The translations under genes and the position numbers were made by a program. From NCBI GenBank assembly GCA_001949185.1, contig BDGG01000002.1, positions 2,291,826 through 2,355,825 of the forward strand: DNA of 64,000 nucleotides. The letters run 5' to 3'. Below the pieces are notes generated by a model. That model was not told where the DNA came from, did not search any database, and worked only from the letters and a program-made list of their open reading frames with translations. Shown here one piece after another: positions 1-11,713 of this stretch (the stretch's first letter is position 1; every line of letters begins with the position of its first letter). This stretch comes from Ramazzottius varieornatus (Eukaryota; Animalia; Tardigrada).

Positions 1-2087
1 ATGATGAGACGAGTGGAAGCGACAGCGATGGAGAGGAAGACAGCGCGGAAACCATTGCCGAACCCGACGGGGTAGAAGTGGAAGCTGAGCAGTCTGATAC
101 GCTGAGTGACGACGACGATGGCGTCTTGTACCAACTGAACGACGTGAGCCCGTTCCTTGCCCGAAATCCCGACATAAAGTGGGAACGCTTTCCTCTAGAC
201 AGTGGTAAAACTCGAACTGTCAATAAGATGACCGGTCAGCTTGGCGTTACTCCCAGCGCGAGATCGCGAGTCGTGACGCTCATGGACACGTTCAACCTTT
301 TCTTCACGCCACAAGTGAAAGATCTGATCATCCGGTTCGCAAATGAAGAGGGGAAAACGCAGTACGGTGATGGCTGGGTCAAACTGGATCCTGTGGTGCT
401 AGATGCTTACTTGGGAATTCTACTTCTACAGGGAATAATGAATGACGGTACTGTACCAGTGTGTGAACTGTGGAGTGAAAGCGAAGGAAAAGGAGTTTAT
501 CGCGCCTGTATGTCTCGGGAGTGCTTCACCCAGATTACTTGCAGCTTGCGGTTTGACGTCAAACCTTCTCGAGAAGCCCGGGTAGCGACTAACAAGATGG
601 CCCACGTCCAGGAGTTGTTTGACTTGTGGAGTAAAGCGCTTCGCGAGAATTACCTTCCCTACGAATTTCTGTGCGTGGACGAACAACTCTTTCCTTTCAA
701 AGGACGGTGCGGCTTCAAGCAATATATTCCGATAAAAAACCAAGAAGCAAGTACGGCCTGAAACTTTTTCTCCCTTGTTGCTGTAGGACGCTGTAACATC
801 CAGCTTTACATCGGAAAGGCTCCTGGTGGAGCGGCTGAGAAGAATCAAAGACAGCGAGTGGTTCTTGATCTGGTGGAATATCTGGGAAACCAGTCGGGAA
901 GAAACGTGACCACAGGCAATTTCTTCACTTCCTTGACGTTGGGAGAAGCTCTTCTCAAGAAAAATATTTCTCTCATGGGAACAATGCGTAAGAACCATAA
1001 ACAAATTCCTTCCGCCTTCCTGCCAAGCAAGAGCCGCGCTGCATTCTCCTCCTACTTCGTCCACAAGCCCGATTTCACTCTGGTGTCTTCCGTTCCGAAG
1101 AAGGGGAAAGCTGTAGTGCTGTTGAGCTCCATGCATTCTTCCCAGTAAGTGACGAATGACGTATTTGCAAGCCGTAAAGACGTGTGCCCATGTTACACCT
1201 GTGACGTAGTGCGCAACAGGACCAAACTACGCTTGGTGCAGCTGTTGCTCATGACTTCACGACGAATGTGTTGTGAATCAGTATGACCGCTGCACAGCAG
1301 TTTCTCTTTGGTGACGTCACGATTTATTTTTTAGAGGAGTTGATGAGGAAAGCCCTGAAGAGAAACCTGAGATCGTTACGCACTACAATCGTACGAAAGC
1401 CGGAGTAGACACTCTGGATCAGCTGACTGGAAACTACAGTGTTCGTCGGAAAACCTGTAGATGGCCAATGGCGCTATTTTACGATATCGTCAACATCCGC
1501 GTTGAACTCGTACGTTGTATGGACTGAGCTGAACCCGGACTGGCATGCTAAATCTCTCATCCGACGTCGGAAGTACCTACACGAACTTAGCAGGAACCTC
1601 ATGGAAAGCCACTTACGCCGCCGCTTCACCTTCGCCAGTATTCCATCAGATGTAAAGTTGCTGATAAAGATTTCCCTGAATATTCTGTCAGACGGTAAGG
1701 CAGAAAGCAATCCTTCCGTTGCAAGCGGAACCAAGGCACAACAACGCTGCAGATTCTGCCACCATACCACTCAAAAAAGAAGCAGGATCAACTGTAGCTT
1801 CTGTAAGGTTGCTGTTTGTGCTGACCATAGAAGTTTTGTTCAAACGGTGGTCTGTGTCGTATGCGCGAAGACGCAGAATTTACTGAAATAAACTTTGAAA
1901 GATGTGTTTCGCTAAGTTGAGAGCTTTTCACATGTTGAAGCAATGGTAACACGCGCCACTTGATACGGGATGTGTGCTACTGGATGTTTCAAGTCCCACC
2001 CCTGCTTTCAGCCAATCAAATTCGTGTACTCACAAAGAGAACGATCGTATTTTGCAAACACGAAAAGCTTAGTGCTGTAAGTGTTAA
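1..2087 (+). mobile_element. Decayed piggyBac DNA transposon (PGBD4-like transposase pseudogene), 5' end outside window
   Basis: Transposase motifs: MSRECF, LCVDEQL, FKGRCGFKQYIP, frameshifted KYGLKLF, GNFFTS (catalytic D to G), GTMRKN, KPEIVTHYNRTKAGVDTLDQ, RWPMALF and a C-terminal Cys-rich domain (CRFC...CSFC...VCADH...CVVC, stop 1891). Frameshifts near 735-790 and ~1494. Putative right end ...GTG|TTAA at 2081-2087 is lower confidence. Confidence 0.92.
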
Positions 2088-2264
2088 TCACACCTTTGCC
2101 AGGTCTAGCGCTGAGACTACCGCCATCGGGTACGAGTATTTTGGGACACATACATTAGCCCACGGTGCGATTTTTATGTCGTCGCGCAGGGGTCTATGAA
2201 TGGCGCGTTCGAGAGCACCAGTTTCCGATTTTGAAGAAGCAACAGGCTCCTGGAATCAGCAGCT

Positions 2265-2789
2265 ATGATGGGTCTCATCTTAGCATTTTCCGTTCTCCTG
2301 TCATTCGCCACAGTTTCGCACCAGTCTCCTCTCTCGTTCGGCAATGGCCATGAATCCTTCGGTGCTTTGCCCTCTGACAGAAGATTCGACAACGACTTGC
2401 AAAAGGCCATCATGTGGCGATTGCTGAACGGGAAGGCAGTCAAGGTCGAACTGGAAACGGATCGACGCCTGACTTACGAACAGGACAAGGAATGCTCGAC
2501 GTGTGGAGGACCGCGACCCACAATCGCGCCACCAGCGAACAACACCCAACTCTGTCTACAGACTCTGGGACCTGCCGAGCCAGGCTGCTGGTATAACGGA
2601 CTGGGTAACCTGAATCCGCTGACCTGCCCCATCACATGTGTTCAAGATCCGCTACCGAGCTCTACGACCATCAACCCTATCGACGCCTGTCTGCAGGCTT
2701 ACGGTCCGCCACCCGCCAGCTGCTGGTACACTGGCGGCGGAAACATAGCGCTCGCGTGTGGCTTCCAGTGCACTCCGGGTCCATTCTGA
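2265..2789 (+). CDS. Secreted cysteine-rich prepropeptide with two copies of an unrecognised 4-Cys module
   Basis: Intronless 174-aa ORF with an N-terminal hydrophobic signal, two DRR dibasic sites, a CxxC, and internal repeats CLQTLGPAEPGCWY...CPITC and CLQAYGPPPASCWY...CGFQC. Paralogous to 4289..4522. Confidence 0.8.
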   Translation: MMGLILAFSVLLSFATVSHQSPLSFGNGHESFGALPSDRRFDNDLQKAIMWRLLNGKAVKVELETDRRLTYEQDKECSTCGGPRPTIAPPANNTQLCLQTLGPAEPGCWYNGLGNLNPLTCPITCVQDPLPSSTTINPIDACLQAYGPPPASCWYTGGGNIALACGFQCTPGPF

Positions 2790-4288
2790 GCATCCGATGG
2801 TTCGAGCACAGGACGAGCGCAATGCCTAAGCATGTCATTAGTCATTTTTGTCATTCGAAACGTACAAACAAACTCGATCTGGCACGCCACCTTGCTCTGA
2901 GAACTCAACGGACAGTTTGTTGAAATTTCTGGATGTTTGCTCATAGGTTCGGAACTTTGATAAACTTATATAAGCTTAGTGTGGACACTGTTGTTTGGTA
3001 TGATGTACTTATTCTGCGTCGAGCTGGTCACAAACTGTAGAAAACGATCGCATGTCACAGTGCAGGACAATACAGAGATCTAAAGAAACTGCGGACGAAA
3101 GAGACGTCCGGGACGCGGTAAATGCAGAGCTTTGTCATGAGGACCACGGCAATTGTTTGCCGGGAGAGTGACTATACCGCCGAATTCCGTCACATAGATG
3201 GGATATTTGGCTGGAAATTTACGCAAGTTTAGCATCACGAATTTGTCATTGTCTACTTAACAAGGCCAGAGTCAGAGTTCCTTGATGATGCGGTGATTCC
3301 GGTCAACCCAAGGACGCGAAACCGCCTTGATGTCCCCTGATCGCAAAGTGATTATAATCAACCTTGGCATTTGTTTCTTGGTGAATCATAACGCAGACGA
3401 CCTTGAGAAAGCCATGTAGCGCCAAGTTTCATTTTCACTACCCATAATCTTAACTGTTTTCCCACTAAAAGACAGACGTTTTCGGTAAGAACTACCGGGC
3501 ACGCGTATCTGCTCATAACGCTAGCCGATAGCAGGCAGACGCATCAATTTGCCAGGTGCCTGGACTTTATACATTCTCCTCATGTAACCGCCTAACTCAG
3601 CCACCACGATTACAGCGGTAACTCTAGATAGGTTTCGCAAGCGAAAACTAATAAAAACTTTTCATGGTCCCTTACCTTGCGTAACATTCGTTCCTGCTAA
3701 GCCATCCGGTTTCCATAAAGGCCGTGGGTTCCCCGTCTATACAGGGAGGTTTGCAGTGCAGCTCTCAAAGATCGAAACTTAAAAACCTACCGAAAGTGGC
3801 ACGGCACATCAAGTTAAGCTGGCCATTGCCGCTTTCGGCCGACTGCCAGCTGTTTAGTCCATGCCAACAGTTAAGCCAGGCGCGTGTACCCTTTTTGCTG
3901 TTTTTATCGGTGTGCCCTTTCCCTGAGCACTATTCGCCTGGTAGCCCCGGCTCAAATTACGTGATCCAAATACAAGCATTAATGCTTGTTGCCTGTGTGC
4001 GTTTTATGAGTACCGAGGCTTTGGCTAGTGTACACGGTGGATAGTCTTCGGGAGGTTAAAAGTGCCGCCTGCTTGATCCGTTCGTGGAAGTTCTCAGCCT
4101 GCCTATTCCGTCAAGCGTGAACCCAAAGCACAAACGGAAGAGGGCTCTCAAATAGACCGTTACAGACACTTACGTTGCTTCATCAGGATAATGTTGTTTA
4201 CGTAAACATTCTTCTCCGCTGGTTCATCGAGGTCTTACAAAAAGCAGCGGCTTCGATTCCTCATCGTCGTACCTAGCTTCCCACCACC

Positions 4289-4522
4289 ATGTCGAGAATT
4301 CTTCTGGTTCTTTTCCTTTTCGCGTCAATCATTGATTTCAGCCATGAACTACCAGTGTCGACTGGGACGGAAGATGAATCTGCGGATTCAGGCCAAGAGT
4401 CGCCGACCGGCCACATTGCCCGATGCTGGGAGGAACAGGGACCACCACCAGCCGGCTGCTACTACGTCGATGGAGGTTCCGACGATCCCCTGACTTGCCC
4501 CATGAAATGTGTGGACGAATAA
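4289..4522 (+). CDS. Small secreted cysteine-rich peptide (one 4-Cys module), paralog of 2265..2789
   Basis: CCACCATG start context; signal peptide, acidic propeptide ending in R, then CWEEQGPPPAGCYYVDGGSDDPLTCPMKC. Confidence 0.8.
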   Translation: MSRILLVLFLFASIIDFSHELPVSTGTEDESADSGQESPTGHIARCWEEQGPPPAGCYYVDGGSDDPLTCPMKCVDE

Positions 4523-4830
4523 GGGACATTCTCGAACAGATGTATTTGCCCCGTCATGAAGCATGGATACCCAGTTCTAATGACCTTCGGTGTTTACTAT
4601 GTGTACTGGTTCGCTGACGTTTTTCCATAAATGCAAGAATCCGATGAGCAACTAAACCTGCAGTGTGAAAGGTAAAAACAAATAGCTTTGTTCCGAGCAA
4701 GCAAGAATTCGGAAGAGACGATCCGCAAAACGGAAGTGTTCTTCCAGGTAAGGCTGTCATTGGAGCAGAAAGAATGAAACAGTGACTGTATTGTGTCATG
4801 CTCACGAGATGACTCTTCCTGCGGAACGTA

Positions 4831-7096
4831 TCAAGTAACCGCGGGTTCATCGGTGGCACTTATGATTGCCCAACCCAGTGTCCATCCGACATCCACACCG
4901 TCAATCTGGAAACAGAAGGATTACGAAAACTAAGGAAGCCCAAAGCTACTCTCCAGCAGGAGATAGAGTGGTCAGGAGATGCTTTGGGGATCCTTACGTT
5001 TTTAGCGAAGACTATGTCCCGTAAAACCTCATCGTCAATACTGTACACATCCATCAGCAGAACTTCCACATAGGTTGCGTCAAAGCAGTGTCGAATGAAG
5101 AAGTTTTTCAGCTCGGGCCGAGAAGTAATCAGCTTCTCCACTTCATCGTGCGTCTTGTTGCAGAAGGAATTCCGTGCTGAAAGAGAACCAGCAACTTGGT
5201 CAGTCCGCAAGTGTAGATCGAAAATTATGCACACCTTGCCGGAAGCCTGCCGCATCGAACGGGTTCAAGCTAAACGAGTTATTGCTCAGAATATTTAAAT
5301 TCTTTGCGTCGTAATATAGCGCACCGGTTCCCTGAAATACACACGATAATTCGGTGGTCCGTCATCTTACCAAAAAAACCCCCAAAGTCTTACCAGGAAC
5401 TTCCCTCGTACAGCGCCTCGTTTCACTTGAGCGAAAGAGCACAGTTTGTCTTGGAAAGGACAACTGGATGGTTCGAGGTCCAAGGTTTGTCTAAAGAGCT
5501 CCTGGACCATCTCTCTACACTTCTTCCCATCTCCGCCACCAACAACTTTGAAAGCTTCCTGTAAGAAAATTTAATGTGATCAGGAAACTCTCCAGCGGAA
5601 TGTTGTCGTTGTAGGAAGACTGAAAGGGAAAAGAAAAGGCTCACCTTGATGTGGTGTCTTTGAACGGATACATTGCTGCAGGGTCGATGAAAGTGGTCGT
5701 GGAACTTGACAGTGGTGTCATACCCGGTAGGTCGGCATGGATCGACCACAGGTTCGCTGAAGTTATGATCTCTTATCAGGAGAGCTTTGTACCGACGGAA
5801 AGCCTCGTTCTTCCCGTAGCAAAGGAAACTTCTCGTGGCTACCTTGTATTCGTGGCCGAAAACACGAACTTGAAAGCTTGATGGAACGTAGAAATCAGGT
5901 TCGACTTCAATGGAGAACTGGGTCGAAGCGCCACCGACGTCCATCGAGCCCCACGTTGTCTTCCTTTCTGCTGCAGCATATTTCTACAAACATAAAATAC
6001 AACAGCCATAGTGAGTAACAGTGAAACATAGGCTTCGAGTCCAGGCTGCATTTCCTCAGGAAACCAATAATAACTTAGACAGGTTGTCACGTAAAATTGT
6101 GGGGTAACGCGAGCCCACAACGCGGGCAAAAGAACCGTACTCGTACGGCTAACCAAGACACAGTACTACCCGCATGAATCGGTGCATGACATCACTGTGA
6201 AACTGAGCGCGAGGCTGTTTTCAGGCGGAGTCTCAACTGACAAGCCTGGAAGCCATTGACGCCTCGGACCGGAAGTGCGTCCGTCAGACAGGCAGTTCCA
6301 AAACGCGGTTGGCTTTGGCACCACTCGTAGAGTCGTTGAGCTTACAGCATTTTCTTGCAGGATTCCCTTGATGTAATTTATGGCAAGCCACGAGAATCCT
6401 CCCTCGTTTTCAGGTGACAGGATATGGATATCGTTGTAACTGACTTGGAAGGGAAAGTTATTCCGGGCAAAGTCAGCGACTGAGCGAAGTATGGCCTTGG
6501 CGGTCGTTGCGTTGTTAGATCTAGTAAGCGATAAAACCAAAGTTGGAACCCACGTCGTTGTGCTATTCATTACAGAACAGATGACAAAGCTTTCCGTACG
6601 CAACGACACGCATGCCAGCCGTCGCTCCGAGAAGAAGCTTCGTCGAGTTTTGGTGCGACTGCGGCACTTCCATGGAGGCGAACTTGATGCATTCTCGCAG
6701 AGCCGGTCCGGCTGCTTCCGGATCATCTTTGAAGTTGCTCAGTATGGCTACAATCAAAGGAGCACACTTCCAACACCTTCACGCATTTTGTGAGAGTTTT
6801 TCAAACTTGCGTTTGCAGATGAGTTTGCCTTCCTCAGTGACAAGTCCCGATCCATTCACTTTTTGCGATGTCCATTTGTAGACGAATATGTCCGTGTGAG
6901 ACGATCCCGCGTCGATGACGACTACATAGAAGTCCTTGTTGACTGACAGCGCTTCGCTTGCCTTATCCCCGTTAGCAGGAGACCTGAAGAGCTCCACAGG
7001 AGCCACATCCTCTGAGAAATCTTGAGGAAGAGGCAACGATGAAGAACATCCGAAAAATAAAATTAATATGACCGCGCCAATCAACGAATAATCCAT
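4831..7096 (-). CDS. GDA1/CD39-family nucleoside triphosphate diphosphohydrolase (apyrase), multi-exon, predicted secreted
   Basis: All five apyrase conserved regions across the exons: IDAGSSHT, GATAGMR, ENEGGFSWLAINY, DVGGASTQ and GWTLG, plus SFLCYG. Signal-like N-terminus MDYSLIGAVILILFFGCSSS. Last exon reads IDGVDVGWTLGWAIISATDEPAVT-stop. Confidence 0.92.
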
Positions 7097-7778
7097 TTGT
7101 ACAATCAATTGCAGTCACCTTTTTGCCAAAAGTCCAAAAAAACAATCAAGGGTTTCGCTCGCCCATCTTTTGTGTTTCTACATCTTCCAACGGAACTTCG
7201 GGAACAAAACAATCACCAAGGCCTTCTTGCCTTTTCGAAGAGGAAATAAGCCTAAACAGTCTTCAATGGAAGTGGTGAAGGCGTTGACAAGAATCTGAAT
7301 CTCCGATCGCAGATCAGAATCGCGGTGTGAAATGTTGTCATGGTCGTTACATCACGCCTGCTTGATGAGACCAGAGACGGTCCAGTTCTGATGAAACTGT
7401 CGAGAACCACTAACTTTCTCGAAGCCAGCCACCCTTTCCAACGTCAAAAAGAGGCTAAGATGGGTCTGACTGATGAGTGGAGAGTATTTACTTAAAATAC
7501 CGTTCCGTTTAAAAGAAAGGCAAAAGAGAATGGTACATTGTCGTTGGCACCAAGCAGAACAAACAACATGGCCTGTTAAAATTTCAAAAAAAATCCGCGG
7601 TATTCCAACAACGTGAAATAAGTATACTGAGATTGCGGCGGATAGAACACAAAGAAAATACAAACAAAAATTATCAGCTGCTGACGTAAAAAGGCGAAAC
7701 CACGTCGAGAGAAATTATCACAACGAGTCAAACCGCGGAATTCTTTCAGCCAGTCCTTCTGAGCTTCTCCAGGCCTAG

Positions 7779-10700
7779 TCAGTCATAGATCTGGTAGGCG
7801 ATGCCGGTGTTTCGTTTCCACAGAAGGAAACCAGCAACCAGTCCAGCCACACCACCAATGATGATCATCGCGATTGCCAGACCAGCCATGGATCCACCCG
7901 AGTAGCCTTCTTCAATCTGAGGCTGTGGTGGTCCCGGAGGAGCTGGTGTGGTCGATCCCGTTGGAGTTACGGGAGTGGTTGGACGAACGAGGTCGGGACC
8001 AGTTTGAAACGAACCGTGGTTGAGCGTTACCACCTGCAAACAGGAAAATTCTTTCCCCCCAAGGCAGAGGGCATACCCTTCACCCACCCGAATACAAGTA
8101 AGCGATGTACAACTGGTGAACGCATTTATGCAGGACTGCGATGGACTGCGCAAATTAAAAAGCCTTGTCTGCCGGCATTCAGCAAAAAGAGATCTATCCC
8201 GCATCAGCTGTAAAAAGCGGTTAGAAACCTTACCTTGGTCTTTCCAGCGTAGCTGACGTTCAGTTTCAAGTCCTGGTTGACGAAGCGACTCTGAAGATCT
8301 TGTATTAGCTGAGCACCGGTCCTCTGGATGGTGGCGTTGGCGACACTTCCGGTGATGTTCTGTGGCCATTCCAGCACGGTCATCCAGATCTGCTTGCTGT
8401 TGTTACTGTCGCCCTTGGCTATGAGGATATCCGTCTAGAGGATTCAAAATATCAACCACATCGTAATTGTGCCTAATAGCCGAACCTTTCATCTGACTTA
8501 CCAGTCGAAGTGGAGTTGTGTCGATGAGGGTGGAGATCGCGTTGCGCATGCCGGTTTCGAAGGAAGACATACGCTGAATGACTTCGGTACCGTTGTCCAC
8601 TTTGACGTTGAAGGTGATAAGGGTGGAAGTGCCGTTCTTCAAGCAAGCGTCCACATCGAAGGTTCGCCATTGGAAGGGGAAGGTATTGTAGTCGGACACG
8701 ATCGTCTGATATACTTCTTTTGTTGTGCCATCGGTCCGCGTGACGTACTGCATGATACCCATCAGGACTGACGTTACATTCGTTGTCCAGTCCTCCTACA
8801 AAGCACAAGAGACATTATTCCAGCTGCACCTGTCGACATCGCCCACCTGCGTACCGCGCCTAACCTAGATGTACGAAACTTCGCACGTAGGGTGCCTGAA
8901 ACAAGTTAAATCAACCACCTACACACACCTACTTGTGTGCAAGTGGCTGAAATACCACTGCTTCATCCACCTCTATACCCTCATACTGTCCAATTTCAGG
9001 CCAGCTTCTCGCCATACGCAGGTTGGTACAACCGGATTTTGACCTCACGTACATGAAGCCAGTACATTTCCGTGACGGTTTGTTGAGTCGTGCCATTCCT
9101 CTGATTGGCCCAGACGTAGCAGGGCATATTAGTGAAGTTCTTCATGCCGACATAGACCCAACCGGTTCTGTTCAGGCCAAAGAGGCTAGCGGCATGTCTT
9201 AAGTGCACAACACTGTTGTTGCCTTCCGTAGTACCGGCTGCGTCCAACGATGAGTTGGTGATGGCGGATATGGCGCACTTCCTGCCTCCCATCAGCCAGA
9301 CATCTACCGGCATGGTGAAGGCCAGACCGCTGTTGTAGTCATGGACGGTGCGATACAGCGTGCGGTTCTGACGAGTCGCCACGGGAGGGAAGTGCGTGCC
9401 GTTGACGGTGTCGGCGATGAAGGAAACGAGTTGATTTCGGTAATCGAAATTCAACTGCGGAAATAACCATTGTGAAATTTATGATCAAAATTTACGTCAT
9501 TGGTCAAGGTAGTAACTACAATAAGACAACCATAGCTTCGGGGAAATGGTCACTTACGCGAATGTTGTTGACGGACTTTGCGTTTTGAGCAATATTCAGC
9601 ATACTGAGGGTAAATTGATCCGGCATTTGTGGCATCGTTTTGTTTTCGCGCATCCAGTCAGGACAGAAAGTTCCTTCAGGAGGCTGAGAGCAAGAAAAAC
9701 AACCTTGAAAAAACCCATTCGAAAAATCAGTCAGGAAAGTTCTTACCAGGAAGACGGACTCATCGTCGATAGACGGTTGGTAGTAAGTGAAGTCGTAAGT
9801 ATTCATTGATCCAACACGCGCTACAAAGAAAACACAAACCTTCAGCGACATAGACGAGAAAGACATGAGCTGCGAAGGACGTACGTCCAGATTGTCCTTG
9901 TGGAACTCCGTTCAGCGCTCGCGACTCGAACCTGATGGGGTTCTCGCCATCCTTGACTTCCGTTCCACCTGGCGCTTGGATACCAGATTTGGCGTAGTAG
10001 TACGTTGAGAGAAACGTTATGTTGGTGCGTCCATCGAAAACACACTGCTGCCATTTCCTCACGGGAATATTCCTGACCGTAAAGTTGGTATCGCCCAAGT
10101 AGGCGACGGGACCGAGGGTGTAGTTGCACCTGCTCGTCACGTTGGAATGTCCAGCTAGCTCAGCGATGAAGACAGCGTAAGCGTTACAACCCTTCTCGTA
10201 CAACTCTTCTTTTTGGCACTTGTGCCCTACAACGGAGAAGAAACATTCACAATAGTCGTCCTCAAACGAGCCGCGAAGGCTTACCAATTTTAGCAGAGCG
10301 CTTTTTGGCTTTTTTTCACGAGATGTCTGTCAAGGCCGTGCTCGGCAGGAACCTGACAGGCAGTATCGTAAACAAGGTCAGTCTTGACTCATGCTCAGAA
10401 AGAATCTACGACCAGAGCTACGCGCGGGTCCAAACTCCACAGTTCGATTTCCGCATGAGTAAACGGAAGAGAGAACCGTACCTTCGATGTCATATGCCCT
10501 TCCCGAGATGAAGTCATAGAGGAAGATGCTCTTGACGCCGTGCTGGTGGACGATGGTCGCCCCGCGTTGACCATCCTCTTCGTAGAACCCCTCGGAATCG
10601 AACAGCATGATGGGGGCGCTGTCGGCATTGTCCGTCTTTCCTTCGATTTTGATCGTGAACTTCGTAGAAAGCTTCGGAACTTCGTCTTTGGTCGCGGAGG

Positions 10701-10830
10701 TCGGGTTGCATTCAGTATAGTTGAATGGCCATGCGGGCACGTCCGTTAATCGACCTTGCTCAGCGTTTATCAAGCAGAGTAAACCCAATACCCAACTGAT
10801 GCTGAGAATACCGCATCTTGTTGTATCCAT
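7779..10830 (-). CDS. Type I membrane glycoprotein with tandem ependymin/LolA-like beta domains, multi-exon
   Basis: Signal peptide; two similar Cys-containing blocks (VPKLSTKFTIKIE...LYDFISGRAY; PPEGTFCP...PQMPDQFTLS...VHDYNSGLAF...YVGMKNFTNMPCYVW); many NxS/T sites; Pro/Thr stalk; TM GLAIAMIIIGGVAGLVAGFLLW; short tail KRNTGIAYQIYD. The gene is well supported, but the fold assignment is from recalled family patterns. Confidence 0.65.
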
Positions 10831-11663
10831 TTTGACCTACAAAAGGAGATGGGCATTCAAGTCGGGATGAAGGTAATCAGAAAACCAAAACAAACCGCAG
10901 AAACTCAAAACGCGATCCATCAACAATCAATGACGACCAACGCGTTATACGCGAAGCCCGATCAATCCAGAATCAAGCGACGCCCATATGGCTAAACATC
11001 CGCGGAAAAGATGAGTTTATTGCGACGTACCTCTCGCAGCTTTTGGGTCAACACAACGTCCGAGGATTATTACCTGCAATAAATAAAGAAAGACGAAATG
11101 AGATGGAATGGAAAACAAGACGTAGTGTGAGTTGGTTGTCGCACGGCGGATGGACTGAGTATGGCCAGTCTATGGTATGCTGTCTTTGAAGAGGCTGTTT
11201 AGCTTTGTTGACAGTCGACCTTGTCCTACTGTTCAATCCTGGCAACCTCGTAACTCATTAATACCTCTTCTCAGCACAAAGGCAGCTGTGGTATAACTCT
11301 GCTTTTTTAGGAGTGCGTCGCTGACCGGAAGGAGAATTATGATGCATGAGGACAACTAACCTGTAAAATGTAAGCAGTGGATGAATCGATCTCGTTTTCG
11401 TCTCCGGACGGTCGTCTGCAAGATGTCACATTCTCTTCCAGTTTTTCCCCTTGTAGACCACCCTTGATGCTCTGCTAGAAGAAAATATATGGCAGCTCTC
11501 CACCTACAGAACGAACGATACGAAGAAATGTTTTTTTGGTGACGGAAGTAGAACGAGAGGAAGAGTCTGGTGACTTGGCAGCTTTTCGTTTGGGGTCCAC
11601 TGCCGCCACCACTTGTCGACCAGAACCCCCCCCCCCCCCCAGGGGGAAAAAACTGGGGGGGGA

Positions 11664-11713
11664 NNNNNNNNNNNNNNNNNNNNNNNNNNNNNNNNNNNNN
11701 NNNNNNNNNNNNN
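11664..11713. other. Assembly gap (50 N) at a poly-C/poly-G tract
   Basis: Run of N flanked by homopolymers. Confidence 0.99.
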
